Assembly: GCA_937929835.1 (NCBI GenBank)
Contig: CALFUU010000035.1
Span: 10,940 to 74,939 of the forward strand
Source of the DNA: an uncultured Saprospiraceae bacterium
Lineage (GTDB): Bacteria > Bacteroidota > Bacteroidia > Chitinophagales > Saprospiraceae
Length of the DNA: 64,000 bases
Direction: 5' to 3'
The notes under the pieces were generated by a model that did not search any database, was not told where the DNA came from, and was given only the letters and a program-made list of their open reading frames with translations. Positions 27,045 through 35,872 of this stretch are shown here, piece by piece. Position 1 is the stretch's first letter. Each line of letters opens with the position of its first letter. A program made the position numbers and the translations under genes.

Positions 27045-27842
27045 TTAATTGCTTCTTCTTCCAAATTGGAAATTTAAATATAGCTTGAAGAAAAATCTCG
27101 AATTGGATACTTCTTCGGTTTCTACAACAATAGGAATCTTACTTGGAAATGCATCCACCATAATTCCTGTCTCAAAAGCCTTGACATATTCATCAAAAGC
27201 CCCTAATCCGAGATGCAAACCTAACTTGGCTTGTAATCCTGCTCTCACTTTCAGCTCGTCAAAACCACTAAAGAATGAAGATCTGGAACTGATACTACCT
27301 TCATCTAAAAACTTATCAGCATTATCTCCTGAGAAACTTTCTGATCTGATGGTCGGCACTTGCTGATTGTCTATGACCTCCACATAAATAAGGTCTAACT
27401 TATAAGGCTTGAGCAAAGCTAGTGATGGACCTATCTCATACACATAACCGACAGCGAGTCCATTACGTTTTTCTTTTTCAGAGAGATACTTTTTGGTCCC
27501 GAAACCGCCTCTTAAGTTGATCAAGGAGTTGATCTTACCGAAGGCATAGGAACCAGATCTGCCTAGAGATGAAAACTTGGTTTGCGTCTTTTCTCTGCTG
27601 TCTCGAATGTAACCCAACTCTAGGTGATAAAACTTGGTCTTATTGTAAGACTTTATCTCCCCTACATTATAGGCAATCGCGGCACCATCTTCATGCACAC
27701 GCAAATCTATAGACCACTCTTTCTTGTATATGATCCCTTTCCAGTCGATCTCTACCAACTTGGGCTTGATGACACGCTGTGCACCTAAGGATGACAACGC
27801 CACAAGGGAAACAATACAAGCTGTTATAAGTCTAAAAGCCAT
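27045..27842 (-). CDS. predicted outer-membrane beta-barrel protein (hypothetical)
   Basis: I prefer the ATG at 27842 (MAFRLITACIVSLVALSSLGAQ signal). It shows alternating amphipathic beta-strand patterning and the C-terminal FKLYLNFQFGRR. Confidence 0.5.
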   Translation of the reverse strand: MAFRLITACIVSLVALSSLGAQRVIKPKLVEIDWKGIIYKKEWSIDLRVHEDGAAIAYNVGEIKSYNKTKFYHLELGYIRDSREKTQTKFSSLGRSGSYAFGKINSLINLRGGFGTKKYLSEKEKRNGLAVGYVYEIGPSLALLKPYKLDLIYVEVIDNQQVPTIRSESFSGDNADKFLDEGSISSRSSFFSGFDELKVRAGLQAKLGLHLGLGAFDEYVKAFETGIMVDAFPSKIPIVVETEEVSNSRFFFKLYLNFQFGRRSN

Positions 27843-27941
27843 AGGTATAAAGATAACCATATATCAGTGTGAGTAGTTCTCAAAAGCTAGAGATGTCTTA
27901 CAAACTCTCTTCTTCAGAGGGTCACTCCACTAGTTTAATCT

Positions 27942-29366
27942 CTAGTTGGCCGTCCGCACAGTAGTCGTTTCATTGATCCAGCAGCCAACCTTAAAGGAAC
28001 TACCAGCCTTGATACTCCTCTGAAAGATGTCCTCTTTCTTAGGCATATACTGCGTATAGGTATTGATCAGCTTACTCGCTTCTGCAGCGGTAGCAGGATC
28101 TTTCTTTGCTTTAATCCATTTATCTATAGCTGGCCAAGTGACTACCTGACTGTCCCAACCTGTACCTGGTCCACAAAGTGGTCCACTAGAAGCATACAGT
28201 TTACCTATGAGTAAATACGGTTCTCCAGAGTTAGGATCATACTGGGCTGCTTGTCTCGCATACTGCCGTGATTTAGGGTAATTCTTGATATCTCCGTAGT
28301 AAATCTTGGCATTGAGCAAGGCATACTTGGCTTTTTTGGCAACGTCATCTGTTGAAGCTATAAACTCATCAAATAACTGGACAGCTTCCTTATATCGGCC
28401 TTCGGTGTAGGCATTATAAGCTCTCTTAAGTGGGCCATCTGGCGGAGGCGGTGTGTAGCAGTTGGTTTGCTTCGCCTGAGCTGCCTCCGTTACAGAAGCG
28501 GACGCTTTATCGCAGCCGCCCCATAAGAGTCTGCTGTAGGTTCTGTTGATGGTCTCGCAGTCTGTAGGGTTGGCCCTCATCAAGGTCAGATATTTGTCTT
28601 CATAATAACGACAATCGTAGAGCCCTTCTATACCTTCTAGATTTTCTAGGCGAGCTGGTGCATAGGCGTTTATGATGTCCCAAGCCTCCTTGTTCTTGCC
28701 GCTTGCAGTTCCATAATTGATAGCAGATAGCAGTGCCGTCGCGTATTGCCTACCTTCCTCTAGAGATATATCTTCAGCTACAATCTTATCTGAGAGCAAT
28801 TTTACAAAAGGATTGATCACAAAGTAGTCTACCTTCTCCCCCTTTCCATCTACGGCTTCTTTGAAGAGCGCATAAGTCTCATCAGGATCGGAATGTTCAT
28901 AATAGTAGTAGTATTGATCAAAGGCCTTCCTGCCCGCTACATAAGCCGGCTCACCAAAGCACTCAACTCGCTTATCATAGATGGCCATAATGGTATCTAG
29001 AAACGCTTCCTTTTCTGCTGCTACTGTGCTGCGCTCATAAAAGAACTTGTAGATCTTTATCCCATCTTCAAACTGGTACTTGATAGAACCATTGGCAGCT
29101 GGTGCTCCATAGTAAGCTTTTTTCCAGAGCGGAAAGGCTTCATCATATTTTTGTGCCTTGACAAGGTCCTTATACAAGACATAAGCTGTACTGACCTCAT
29201 CATTGGCTCCAGGGCTTAATTCATCTAGCGTGAGGCAAGGATTGTTCACTTTAGGTTTTTCTACTACAGGTGGCGGAGGTGCTTCCACAACAGTTTCCGA
29301 CACCTTAGGCGTGCAGGCTAGACCTACCATAACAACTATTAGCAAGAGATATTTGAGCTTATTCAT
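27942..29366 (-). CDS. TPR-like lipoprotein, paralogue A of a 474-aa family
   Basis: It has the lipobox MVGLAC and a helical repeat composition. It shares blocks with 32372-33796: KAY..APAA.G, F.DG.KIY, GRKA.D, PY.LIG.LYA, AIDK, and a C-terminal KVGCWI.ET..VR. Confidence 0.6.
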   Translation of the reverse strand: MNKLKYLLLIVVMVGLACTPKVSETVVEAPPPPVVEKPKVNNPCLTLDELSPGANDEVSTAYVLYKDLVKAQKYDEAFPLWKKAYYGAPAANGSIKYQFEDGIKIYKFFYERSTVAAEKEAFLDTIMAIYDKRVECFGEPAYVAGRKAFDQYYYYYEHSDPDETYALFKEAVDGKGEKVDYFVINPFVKLLSDKIVAEDISLEEGRQYATALLSAINYGTASGKNKEAWDIINAYAPARLENLEGIEGLYDCRYYEDKYLTLMRANPTDCETINRTYSRLLWGGCDKASASVTEAAQAKQTNCYTPPPPDGPLKRAYNAYTEGRYKEAVQLFDEFIASTDDVAKKAKYALLNAKIYYGDIKNYPKSRQYARQAAQYDPNSGEPYLLIGKLYASSGPLCGPGTGWDSQVVTWPAIDKWIKAKKDPATAAEASKLINTYTQYMPKKEDIFQRSIKAGSSFKVGCWINETTTVRTAN

Positions 29367-29457
29367 ATCAAGGCTTTGTTCATTAGATGCTAAAATTACG
29401 TAGAGGGTTCTAAAGGACTTCTTAAAATGCCTATAATTACTGCTTAAATAACGCTAG

Positions 29458-30552
29458 ATGAGCAAAAAAAAATTGTTAGTCCTCACTGGAGGAGGTGATT
29501 GCCCAGGCCTTAATGCCGTCATAAGAGGCATCCAGAAAGCCGCTACACAAGATGGTGAGTGGGAAGTATATGGCAGTATAGAAGCCTTTAATGGAATAAT
29601 GCGTACGCCTACTGAGATTATCAAACTGACCCCTTCAAAAGTTGGCGGCATCCATGTCAAGGGAGGGACCATCCTCAAGACAACGAACAAGGGCAATCCT
29701 CTGTCCTTCCCTGTCGAGCATAAAGATGGGAGCATCACCTACAGAGACATCAGCGCAGACCTTGTCAAGAAGATACAAAAAGCAGGATTTGATGCTGTTA
29801 TCAATATCGGTGGAGACGGGTCACAAGCTATCTCCAAAGCCCTCTATGATAAGGGGCTCAATATCATAGGCGTCCCTAAGACCATAGATAATGACCTGAG
29901 TGCAACAGACATCACTTTTGGTTTTAGCACTGCTGTGCAGATAGCTACAGATGCCTTTGATAAGCTCGTCACTACAGCCAGCAGCCATAATCGGGTGATG
30001 ATACTAGAAGTTATGGGTCGCGATGCGGGATGGATTGCGCTCCATACAGCTATAGCGGGAGGGGCAGAACTCTGCTTGATTCCAGAGATTCCCTTTAACT
30101 TAGACACAGTCATCAAGGTGATCAATAAGCGCTACAAAAAAGGCAGAGGCTTTGTCAATATCGTCATCGCCGAAGGTGCCAAGCTAGATGGCAAGACCAT
30201 AGGTAAAATGGCCGAAGGCGATATGAACATCAAACTAGGTGGCGTCGGCAATGCCCTCAGAAAAGCACTAGAAGACCACGGCTGCGAACCAGATGTCAGA
30301 GTTGCTGTGCTCGGCCATATACAGCGTGGAGGTACGCCCGTAGCTTTTGATAGGATCTTAGCGACAGCCTTTGGTGTAAGGGCTTTTGAGTTGGCTAAGA
30401 AGGGTCGCTTTGGTCGGATGGTCACCTATACCAACAATGACATCAAAGACACGACCCTAGCGAAGGCTATCAAAGATTACAACTATGTCAAGAAGAGTAA
30501 TTTCTTGATTAAGACGGCTAAGCAGGTGGGGATTTCTTTTGGAAACAGGTAG
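29458..30552 (+). CDS. pfkA: 6-phosphofructokinase (phosphoryl donor not resolvable from sequence)
   Basis: It begins LVLTGGGDCPGLNAVIRG. It has GGDGS (ATP-type Gly) together with GVPKTIDNDL (the Lys typical of PPi-type and group III enzymes), plus MGRDAGWIAL. Confidence 0.9.
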   Translation: MSKKKLLVLTGGGDCPGLNAVIRGIQKAATQDGEWEVYGSIEAFNGIMRTPTEIIKLTPSKVGGIHVKGGTILKTTNKGNPLSFPVEHKDGSITYRDISADLVKKIQKAGFDAVINIGGDGSQAISKALYDKGLNIIGVPKTIDNDLSATDITFGFSTAVQIATDAFDKLVTTASSHNRVMILEVMGRDAGWIALHTAIAGGAELCLIPEIPFNLDTVIKVINKRYKKGRGFVNIVIAEGAKLDGKTIGKMAEGDMNIKLGGVGNALRKALEDHGCEPDVRVAVLGHIQRGGTPVAFDRILATAFGVRAFELAKKGRFGRMVTYTNNDIKDTTLAKAIKDYNYVKKSNFLIKTAKQVGISFGNR

Positions 30553-30576
30553 GCTGCGCGCGGAAGCTCTTCTTAT

Positions 30577-30943
30577 TAGTGCAGAGTTTTTTAGTGCAGA
30601 GTGCAGAGTGGGGCTTAAGGGCTGAACGCGATGGTGCTGCTTCTAATTGTGAATGTTCGACCACCTGCGCTCTCGGGCTCTGCTTTCTAGTGCATAGTTT
30701 TTTAGTGCAGAGTGCAGAGTGGGGGCTGGAGGGCCGAACGCGATGGCGCTGCTTCTAATTGTGAATGTTGAATTATGAATTAACTACCGATCGACCACCT
30801 ACGCTCTTGGGCTGGGCTTACTAGTGCATAGTTTTTTAGTGCAGAGTGCATAGTGGGGGCTGGCGGGCTGAACGCGATGGTGCTGCTTCTAATCGTGAAT
30901 GTTGAATTTATGAATTCACTGACTTTCAATAAGCTTTCTAGTG
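30577..30943. repeat. tandem array of a 111-134 bp GC-richer repeat (3 full units plus a 5-bp start of a fourth)
   Basis: Units start with TAGTGCA(G/T)AGTTTTTTAGTGCAGAGTGCA at 30577, 30688 and 30822, and TAGTG recurs at 30939. Units 2 and 3 carry a roughly 23-bp insertion (GAATT(T)ATGAATT...). The sub-repeat AGTGCAGAGT occurs 2-3 times per unit. Confidence 0.9.
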
Positions 30944-31071
30944 TGGAGGAGTAGAGGAATCTTGTTCTTTAGTCCCACTGGGTCTTAACGCAAGGGCTGT
31001 TCATTTTGTAAGAAACTCAGACAAGTCTTAGGGATTTAGTAGGCTTTGGGAACCAATCCAAGCTTTCATTG

Positions 31072-31124
31072 GTATACAAATTGTAATATACATTTTGTAA
31101 TATACAATTTGTATACTACTTTTG
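31072..31124 (+). promoter_or_regulatory. candidate promoter with operator-like inverted plus direct repeats upstream of the ATPase gene
   Basis: A 13-nt inverted repeat, GTATACAAATTGT (31072-84) / ACAATTTGTATAC (31104-16), encloses two copies of TTGTAATATACA. A TTG at 31095-97 and TACTTTTG (TAnnTTTG) at 31117-24 are spaced 19 nt apart, matching the Bacteroidota -33/-7 promoter form. Confidence 0.4.
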
Positions 31125-31171
31125 ATATAACGCTAGCAACAGAGACAAGCTCATAGTGAAGAACAAACCGA

Positions 31172-32305
31172 ATGACTGAGATTAAAAATCCATTTATAAC
31201 AAAGGGCTATATCAGCAAGGAATACTTCTGTGACAGAGAAGAAGAGACAGCTGACATCCTATCTGCTATCAACAATGGCAGAGATCTTATCCTCTACGGA
31301 AAGCGTAAAATGGGTAAATCAGCACTCATTAAGCACGTATTTCACCAACTGGACAACAAAATCATTTCGATTTGGGTGGACCTCCTGCCTTCAGTCAACT
31401 TTAATGACTTTCTGACGCTTACAGCCAATGCAGTGCTCAGTGCCTTTGAAGAAGAGGACCCGCTTTATAAAAAGATCTGGGCAGGAATGAAAAAGCTAAG
31501 GCCTACCGTCACCTATGATGAAGTGTCGGGCACACCAAATGTTTCCTTTGATCTTAGTGATACCTCAGCACGAATCGATACATTTTCAAAACTGATAAGG
31601 CTCCTCTCCAGCAGCTCTAAGAAAGTCGTGATTGCCCTTGATGAGTTTCAGCAAATACAAGAATATCCAGAAAAGAATATAGCAGAACACTTAAGAACGC
31701 TACTCCAATCTCTACCCAATGTCACCGTCATATTTTCTGGGAGTGATCAGCATATGCTCTTGGATATGTTTAACAAAATAGATCAGCCCTTCTATGAATT
31801 TGGTCAACATCTCAAATTAGGCCCCATAGATTCTGATAAATACGTTGACTTTATCGAAGCCCACTTCAAAAAGAATAAAAGAAAAATAGAACGCGGCGAC
31901 ATCTACAACATCATCGAATGGTGTAACCACAGAACGATGAACATTCAAATACTCGCCAATCGACTCTATAGTCTACATCAAAAAACCATTACTGAGGCCG
32001 ATATCCAAAATATGAAAGACACTATCCTCAAAGAAAAAGAGGACATCTATTATACACTAAAGAGAGTTGTGAGCAAAGGTCAATGGAAAGTTTTGTCTGC
32101 CTTTGCAAGAGAAGGGAAAGTATATGCGCCTTATGGAAAAGCCTTTATGCAGAAGTATGGCTTTACTAACTCCTCGATTATACGGCGTGTCGTTCAGTTC
32201 TGCCTAGACAAAGGCCTACTCTACCAAAGCCACGATGGAGAAGAAAGCTTCTTTGAGTTGGACGATGTATTTCTGAGGCGATGGGTGGAGATGACGACGG
32301 TCTAG
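31172..32305 (+). CDS. ATP-binding protein, archaeal-type AAA ATPase family (PF01637-like, with DUF234-like C-terminus)
   Basis: The N-terminus reads NPFITKGYISKEYFCDREEE. It has Walker A LYGKRKMGKSALI and Walker B VVIALDEFQ. The C-terminal part is winged-helix-like. Confidence 0.75.
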   Translation: MTEIKNPFITKGYISKEYFCDREEETADILSAINNGRDLILYGKRKMGKSALIKHVFHQLDNKIISIWVDLLPSVNFNDFLTLTANAVLSAFEEEDPLYKKIWAGMKKLRPTVTYDEVSGTPNVSFDLSDTSARIDTFSKLIRLLSSSSKKVVIALDEFQQIQEYPEKNIAEHLRTLLQSLPNVTVIFSGSDQHMLLDMFNKIDQPFYEFGQHLKLGPIDSDKYVDFIEAHFKKNKRKIERGDIYNIIEWCNHRTMNIQILANRLYSLHQKTITEADIQNMKDTILKEKEDIYYTLKRVVSKGQWKVLSAFAREGKVYAPYGKAFMQKYGFTNSSIIRRVVQFCLDKGLLYQSHDGEESFFELDDVFLRRWVEMTTV

Positions 32306-32312
32306 ATAGAAC

Positions 32313-32350
32313 AAAAAAAGGCGGCACCTGAATCTTCAGATTCCGCCTTT
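32313..32350. terminator. bidirectional intrinsic terminator between convergent genes
   Basis: The sequence is AAAAAAAGGCGG-cacct-GAATCT-tc-AGATTC-CGCCTTT, with an A run on one side and a T run on the other. It lies between the stops at 32305 (+) and 32372 (-). Confidence 0.6.
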
Positions 32351-32371
32351 AATTATCATACAAAGATACGC

Positions 32372-33796
32372 TTACTGGTATCTTACTTTTACTGTCTCTC
32401 CTATCCAGCAACCCACTTTCTCAGAGTCACCTTTCTTGACACCTCTCATAAATCCTTCGTTAGAATCTGGAAGAGAAGATCTGTACTTACTTGCTTTCTT
32501 GCCAGCTTCTTCTGCTACATTTGGATCAATTGATTTCGCATAGTTGTACTTATCTATAGCAGCGATAATCGCCAATCTCTGATTCCACGAGTCGCCGCAA
32601 TTTCTTGCAGTTGTCGCATAGAGATCACCGATCAACATATATGGTCTACCGTAGTTAGGTCTAAGCTTAGCTGCTGCAAGGGCTGTCTTTCTCGCATCAC
32701 TATACTTCTTTAACTTTCTCCCTTGGATAGAGGCCTTGGAGAACATATAGCCTGCCTTTTTGCTAGGATCTGTCTCCGCATTGATGGCTTCGTCATATTT
32801 TGAAACTGCACCAGCGTAGTCTCCTGCATCGTAGGCTTTCTTTGCGAGGATAGCTGGGTTATTGGCTTCGAACTCGGCCTTCCTTGCTGCATTGGTTGTC
32901 GCTGCATAAGTCTTCCACTTTCCATCTAGTTCTACCAAGAGAGGATCATCCTCAGCACAACCTCTTTTCTTAAGCAGGCCTACGAGGTTCTTTAACTGCT
33001 CCATATTTTCTGGGTCAGCATCATAAAGGGCCTTGTATTTTGGCTTGAAGTAATCGCAGTCAAAAATCTCCGTCTCGATAGGACCAAACTTAGATTGTGC
33101 CGCCTTCCAAGCTTGATCATAATAAGCACCAAGTCTCTCGTTATTTTCTAAGTTATACTTTGCGATACCTTCCATTTTTTGAAAGTACTCTACAGCTTGC
33201 TCTTTTTCGATTTTACCTTTCTGAAACTGGTATACGACGATAGACGCCAAAGGGTCAAAAACCGTATACTCTACATCGTTGCCAGACAACTCTATCGCTT
33301 TATTGAGCGCTTCCAAGTTTTTAGAGTAAGGAGAATTCAATGTATAGAACATGTCATAGGCTTTTCTGCCATAGACATACCCAATTTTAGACTGGATACA
33401 TTCTGGCTTGCCGACACACTTAGTAGGGATGACACTACCATCCTCATAAGCTGCTATAGCCTCATCATACAGCCTGTCGATAGTTGCTTTGTATTCTTCC
33501 TTTTTTGCAGCGTCTGTTTCGTTCTGAAACTTATTGACATAAATCTTGACACCATCAATGAAGTGATAGTCTCTCTTACCATCTGCTGCGGGTGCCAATT
33601 CATATGCTTTTTGCCAGTTCTCAAAGGCTAATGCCCAATCCTCTGACTTGATAGCTTGTCTGTAAATAGAGTGTGCATTAGATGCATCATCCATAAAGGA
33701 TTCTCCCTCCCAATTCTTGAAACTCTGAGAGAACGCTACTTCTGTAAAGCCCATCAAAAGGACTGCTCCTAGTAGTATTGATTTTGCTATGCTCAT
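32372..33796 (-). CDS. TPR-like secreted protein, paralogue B of the 474-aa family
   Basis: It has an SpI-type signal (VAFSQS). It has the same length and the same conserved blocks as 27942-29366, including the C-terminal KVGCWIGETVKVRYQ. Confidence 0.6.
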   Translation of the reverse strand: MSIAKSILLGAVLLMGFTEVAFSQSFKNWEGESFMDDASNAHSIYRQAIKSEDWALAFENWQKAYELAPAADGKRDYHFIDGVKIYVNKFQNETDAAKKEEYKATIDRLYDEAIAAYEDGSVIPTKCVGKPECIQSKIGYVYGRKAYDMFYTLNSPYSKNLEALNKAIELSGNDVEYTVFDPLASIVVYQFQKGKIEKEQAVEYFQKMEGIAKYNLENNERLGAYYDQAWKAAQSKFGPIETEIFDCDYFKPKYKALYDADPENMEQLKNLVGLLKKRGCAEDDPLLVELDGKWKTYAATTNAARKAEFEANNPAILAKKAYDAGDYAGAVSKYDEAINAETDPSKKAGYMFSKASIQGRKLKKYSDARKTALAAAKLRPNYGRPYMLIGDLYATTARNCGDSWNQRLAIIAAIDKYNYAKSIDPNVAEEAGKKASKYRSSLPDSNEGFMRGVKKGDSEKVGCWIGETVKVRYQ

Positions 33797-33814
33797 AATC
33801 CGTTAATTTATTTC

Positions 33815-35170
33815 TTAGTTGTATTTTCTCTTTATAAACCACTCGTCATCATTGAAAGTAAAACTGAAAGTCAATCTCACATATCTTTCTTCTATGACGG
33901 TATTTCTTCCTTTAAGTCCCAAGGTCAAACCAAGATTGGCGTGGGATATTTTCCTCTGGTAAAAGAAAGGCAATCCTAAGCCAAACGTTAATCCCATATC
34001 CTCAAGATCTACTCCATTATTGGCGGGTATCTCTGTCGGTAACTTGTGGAAGAAACCTCCAAATCGGTAGTAGACTCTAGAAAAGTAGTTTCCTACCGAC
34101 TTATAGTTAGGACGAATATATCCGCCAAAGGATAATTTATAAGTGTCCTTTAAGTTTCCGTTAACTAAGCTGTAGTTGGCTTGTGACCAATTTGTCATTG
34201 TATAATTGACTCCTAGAGACAGCTTCTCTCCACTATAGAAGGTAGCACCGACACCCAATTCGCTAGGCAAATTGCTCCGTATATCCGTCTGTGTACTGCT
34301 ACTTAAGGTATCACGATTGACCGCATTACCTTGGAAAAATGCTGCAGTACCTTCAAAAGTGGTCAAATCTGTTGATAACCCAGATTGTGAGTTGCCGTGA
34401 ATTCCAAAAGTGATTCTTCTATCCTTTTTTACCAGAGAGTCTTTGTCCTTAACTCCACTACCGAGATTTAGCGTATATAAGGCTCCAGCCCGCCATAGAA
34501 ATCCCCTATAGCCAAAGCGCTCTTCCAATAAAGCGGTCTCTGAGTTTATATCAGCGAGTCTGATGATATTCTGAGTCAGGTTCTGACCAAATAGATACCC
34601 TAGATTGACGCCAGCAGAAAATTGCTTATATCTAAACCCAGTGCTCCAAGTAAAATCAAAGATGCCTCCTGAGCCCTGAAAGTTCCGTTCTACCGCACCT
34701 ATATCATCCAATAATATAGTAGAGCTAACATCATAGCCTACACGCGTAAAAGGCTTAAGTGTAAAGCCCATCCCAAAGCTATAATCCCTTTTCTTCCTGT
34801 CAAGTATATCATTGACCACATTCTGAAGAGGAAAAGCAAAGGAGATATACGAGATATTGCCCGTCCATATTTCTGCTTGGTTACCATTGCGCTCAGTAAA
34901 AGAGGAATTTCTGGCTTGGATTCCGATGTCAAATGAAGTCGCTCGTAGGTAAGCCAAACTAGCTGGATTGACTACATTAATATCGTATCCACTGTGAAAG
35001 GTCGCTCCGAGGCCACCCATCGTCTGACTGGCGACGAAGTTATTATCAGCGATATCTCCAAATCCAAATCTGGAATACGGAGAATTGTCTTTCGGCTGAG
35101 CAAAGAGCATCAAGGGTAAAAACCCGAGCGCAAATACAGCCTTTTTAATGATTGTGTTCAAGAATTGCAT
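33815..35170 (-). CDS. predicted outer-membrane beta-barrel protein (coaX-neighbour family)
   Basis: I prefer the ATG at 35170 (MQFLNTIIKKAVFALGFLPLMLFAQ signal). It has the SPYSRFGFGD motif and extensive alternating beta-strand patterning. It overlaps the coaX 3' end by 26 nt. Confidence 0.55.
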   Translation of the reverse strand: MQFLNTIIKKAVFALGFLPLMLFAQPKDNSPYSRFGFGDIADNNFVASQTMGGLGATFHSGYDINVVNPASLAYLRATSFDIGIQARNSSFTERNGNQAEIWTGNISYISFAFPLQNVVNDILDRKKRDYSFGMGFTLKPFTRVGYDVSSTILLDDIGAVERNFQGSGGIFDFTWSTGFRYKQFSAGVNLGYLFGQNLTQNIIRLADINSETALLEERFGYRGFLWRAGALYTLNLGSGVKDKDSLVKKDRRITFGIHGNSQSGLSTDLTTFEGTAAFFQGNAVNRDTLSSSTQTDIRSNLPSELGVGATFYSGEKLSLGVNYTMTNWSQANYSLVNGNLKDTYKLSFGGYIRPNYKSVGNYFSRVYYRFGGFFHKLPTEIPANNGVDLEDMGLTFGLGLPFFYQRKISHANLGLTLGLKGRNTVIEERYVRLTFSFTFNDDEWFIKRKYN

Positions 35171-35864
35171 TAAGTCCTTTAAGTAGGAAATTAGGAGCCA
35201 CAAATATCTTAGAATCTAAGTGTTCTCCAAAATAAGTGGCATCACCACCAGTTAATATAACGGTCATTTTACCTCTTTTCTTGGTTAAAGTTTTGATAAA
35301 AGCCTCAATTTCAAGTTTTATACCCCAAACTGCACCATTCTGAAGCGCCTCTTTGGTACTCATTCCAAGTTGCGCATCATTCCAGCTTCTAGATACTAGA
35401 GGCAAAGCAGAGGTAAAATGGTGCATCGCCTTTAATCTTAATTCTACACCAGGAGCAATATTACCCCCTAAGTAGGTCTTACCCTTTTCTAGATAATCAT
35501 AAGTCATACAAGTCCCTATATCTATGACAAGGGCAGATTGTCCAGGATATGTGACGGCTGCAGCAACCATAACTGCTAGTCTGTCTAGCCCAAGTGTCTG
35601 AGGTGTGCCGTATTCATTTTTGATGGGTACTTTGGTCTTATGGCTAAGCGTCAGCAACTTATGATGCTTAGCTAGATAGCTCAGAAAATATGGCTTTTCC
35701 TTTCTGACAGATGATACTATAGATCTAGAGAAGGGATACTCTGCGTGTAGGGCTTTGATATCCTTGACTAAGACCTTCTTATGTCTCGAGACCTCCAGTA
35801 ACTCACCATCTTGGTAGATGGCCAACTTCATAAAGCTGTTTCCTATGTCGACGATGAGGTTCAT
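35145..35864 (-). CDS. coaX: type III pantothenate kinase
   Basis: It has the MNLIVDIGNSFMK phosphate-1 motif, IDIGT, and GGDA near the C-terminus. Confidence 0.9.
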   Translation of the reverse strand: MNLIVDIGNSFMKLAIYQDGELLEVSRHKKVLVKDIKALHAEYPFSRSIVSSVRKEKPYFLSYLAKHHKLLTLSHKTKVPIKNEYGTPQTLGLDRLAVMVAAAVTYPGQSALVIDIGTCMTYDYLEKGKTYLGGNIAPGVELRLKAMHHFTSALPLVSRSWNDAQLGMSTKEALQNGAVWGIKLEIEAFIKTLTKKRGKMTVILTGGDATYFGEHLDSKIFVAPNFLLKGLNAILEHNH

Positions 35865-35872
35865 AATCGAGA

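Noticed and set aside
30579-30755. I considered a cysteine-containing peptide read through repeat units 1-2 (VQSFLVQSAEWGLRAERDGAASNCECSTTCALGLCF...) as a possible RiPP precursor.
   Set aside because: The frame is not preserved between units because of a 1-nt G-run difference, and unit 3 has an in-frame TAG. It would need a GTG start, and no modification enzymes are nearby.
30577-30943. I considered whether the tandem repeats are a CRISPR array.
   Set aside because: The units are 111-134 bp and directly abutting, with no unique spacers of about 30-40 bp between short repeats. No cas genes are present in the window.
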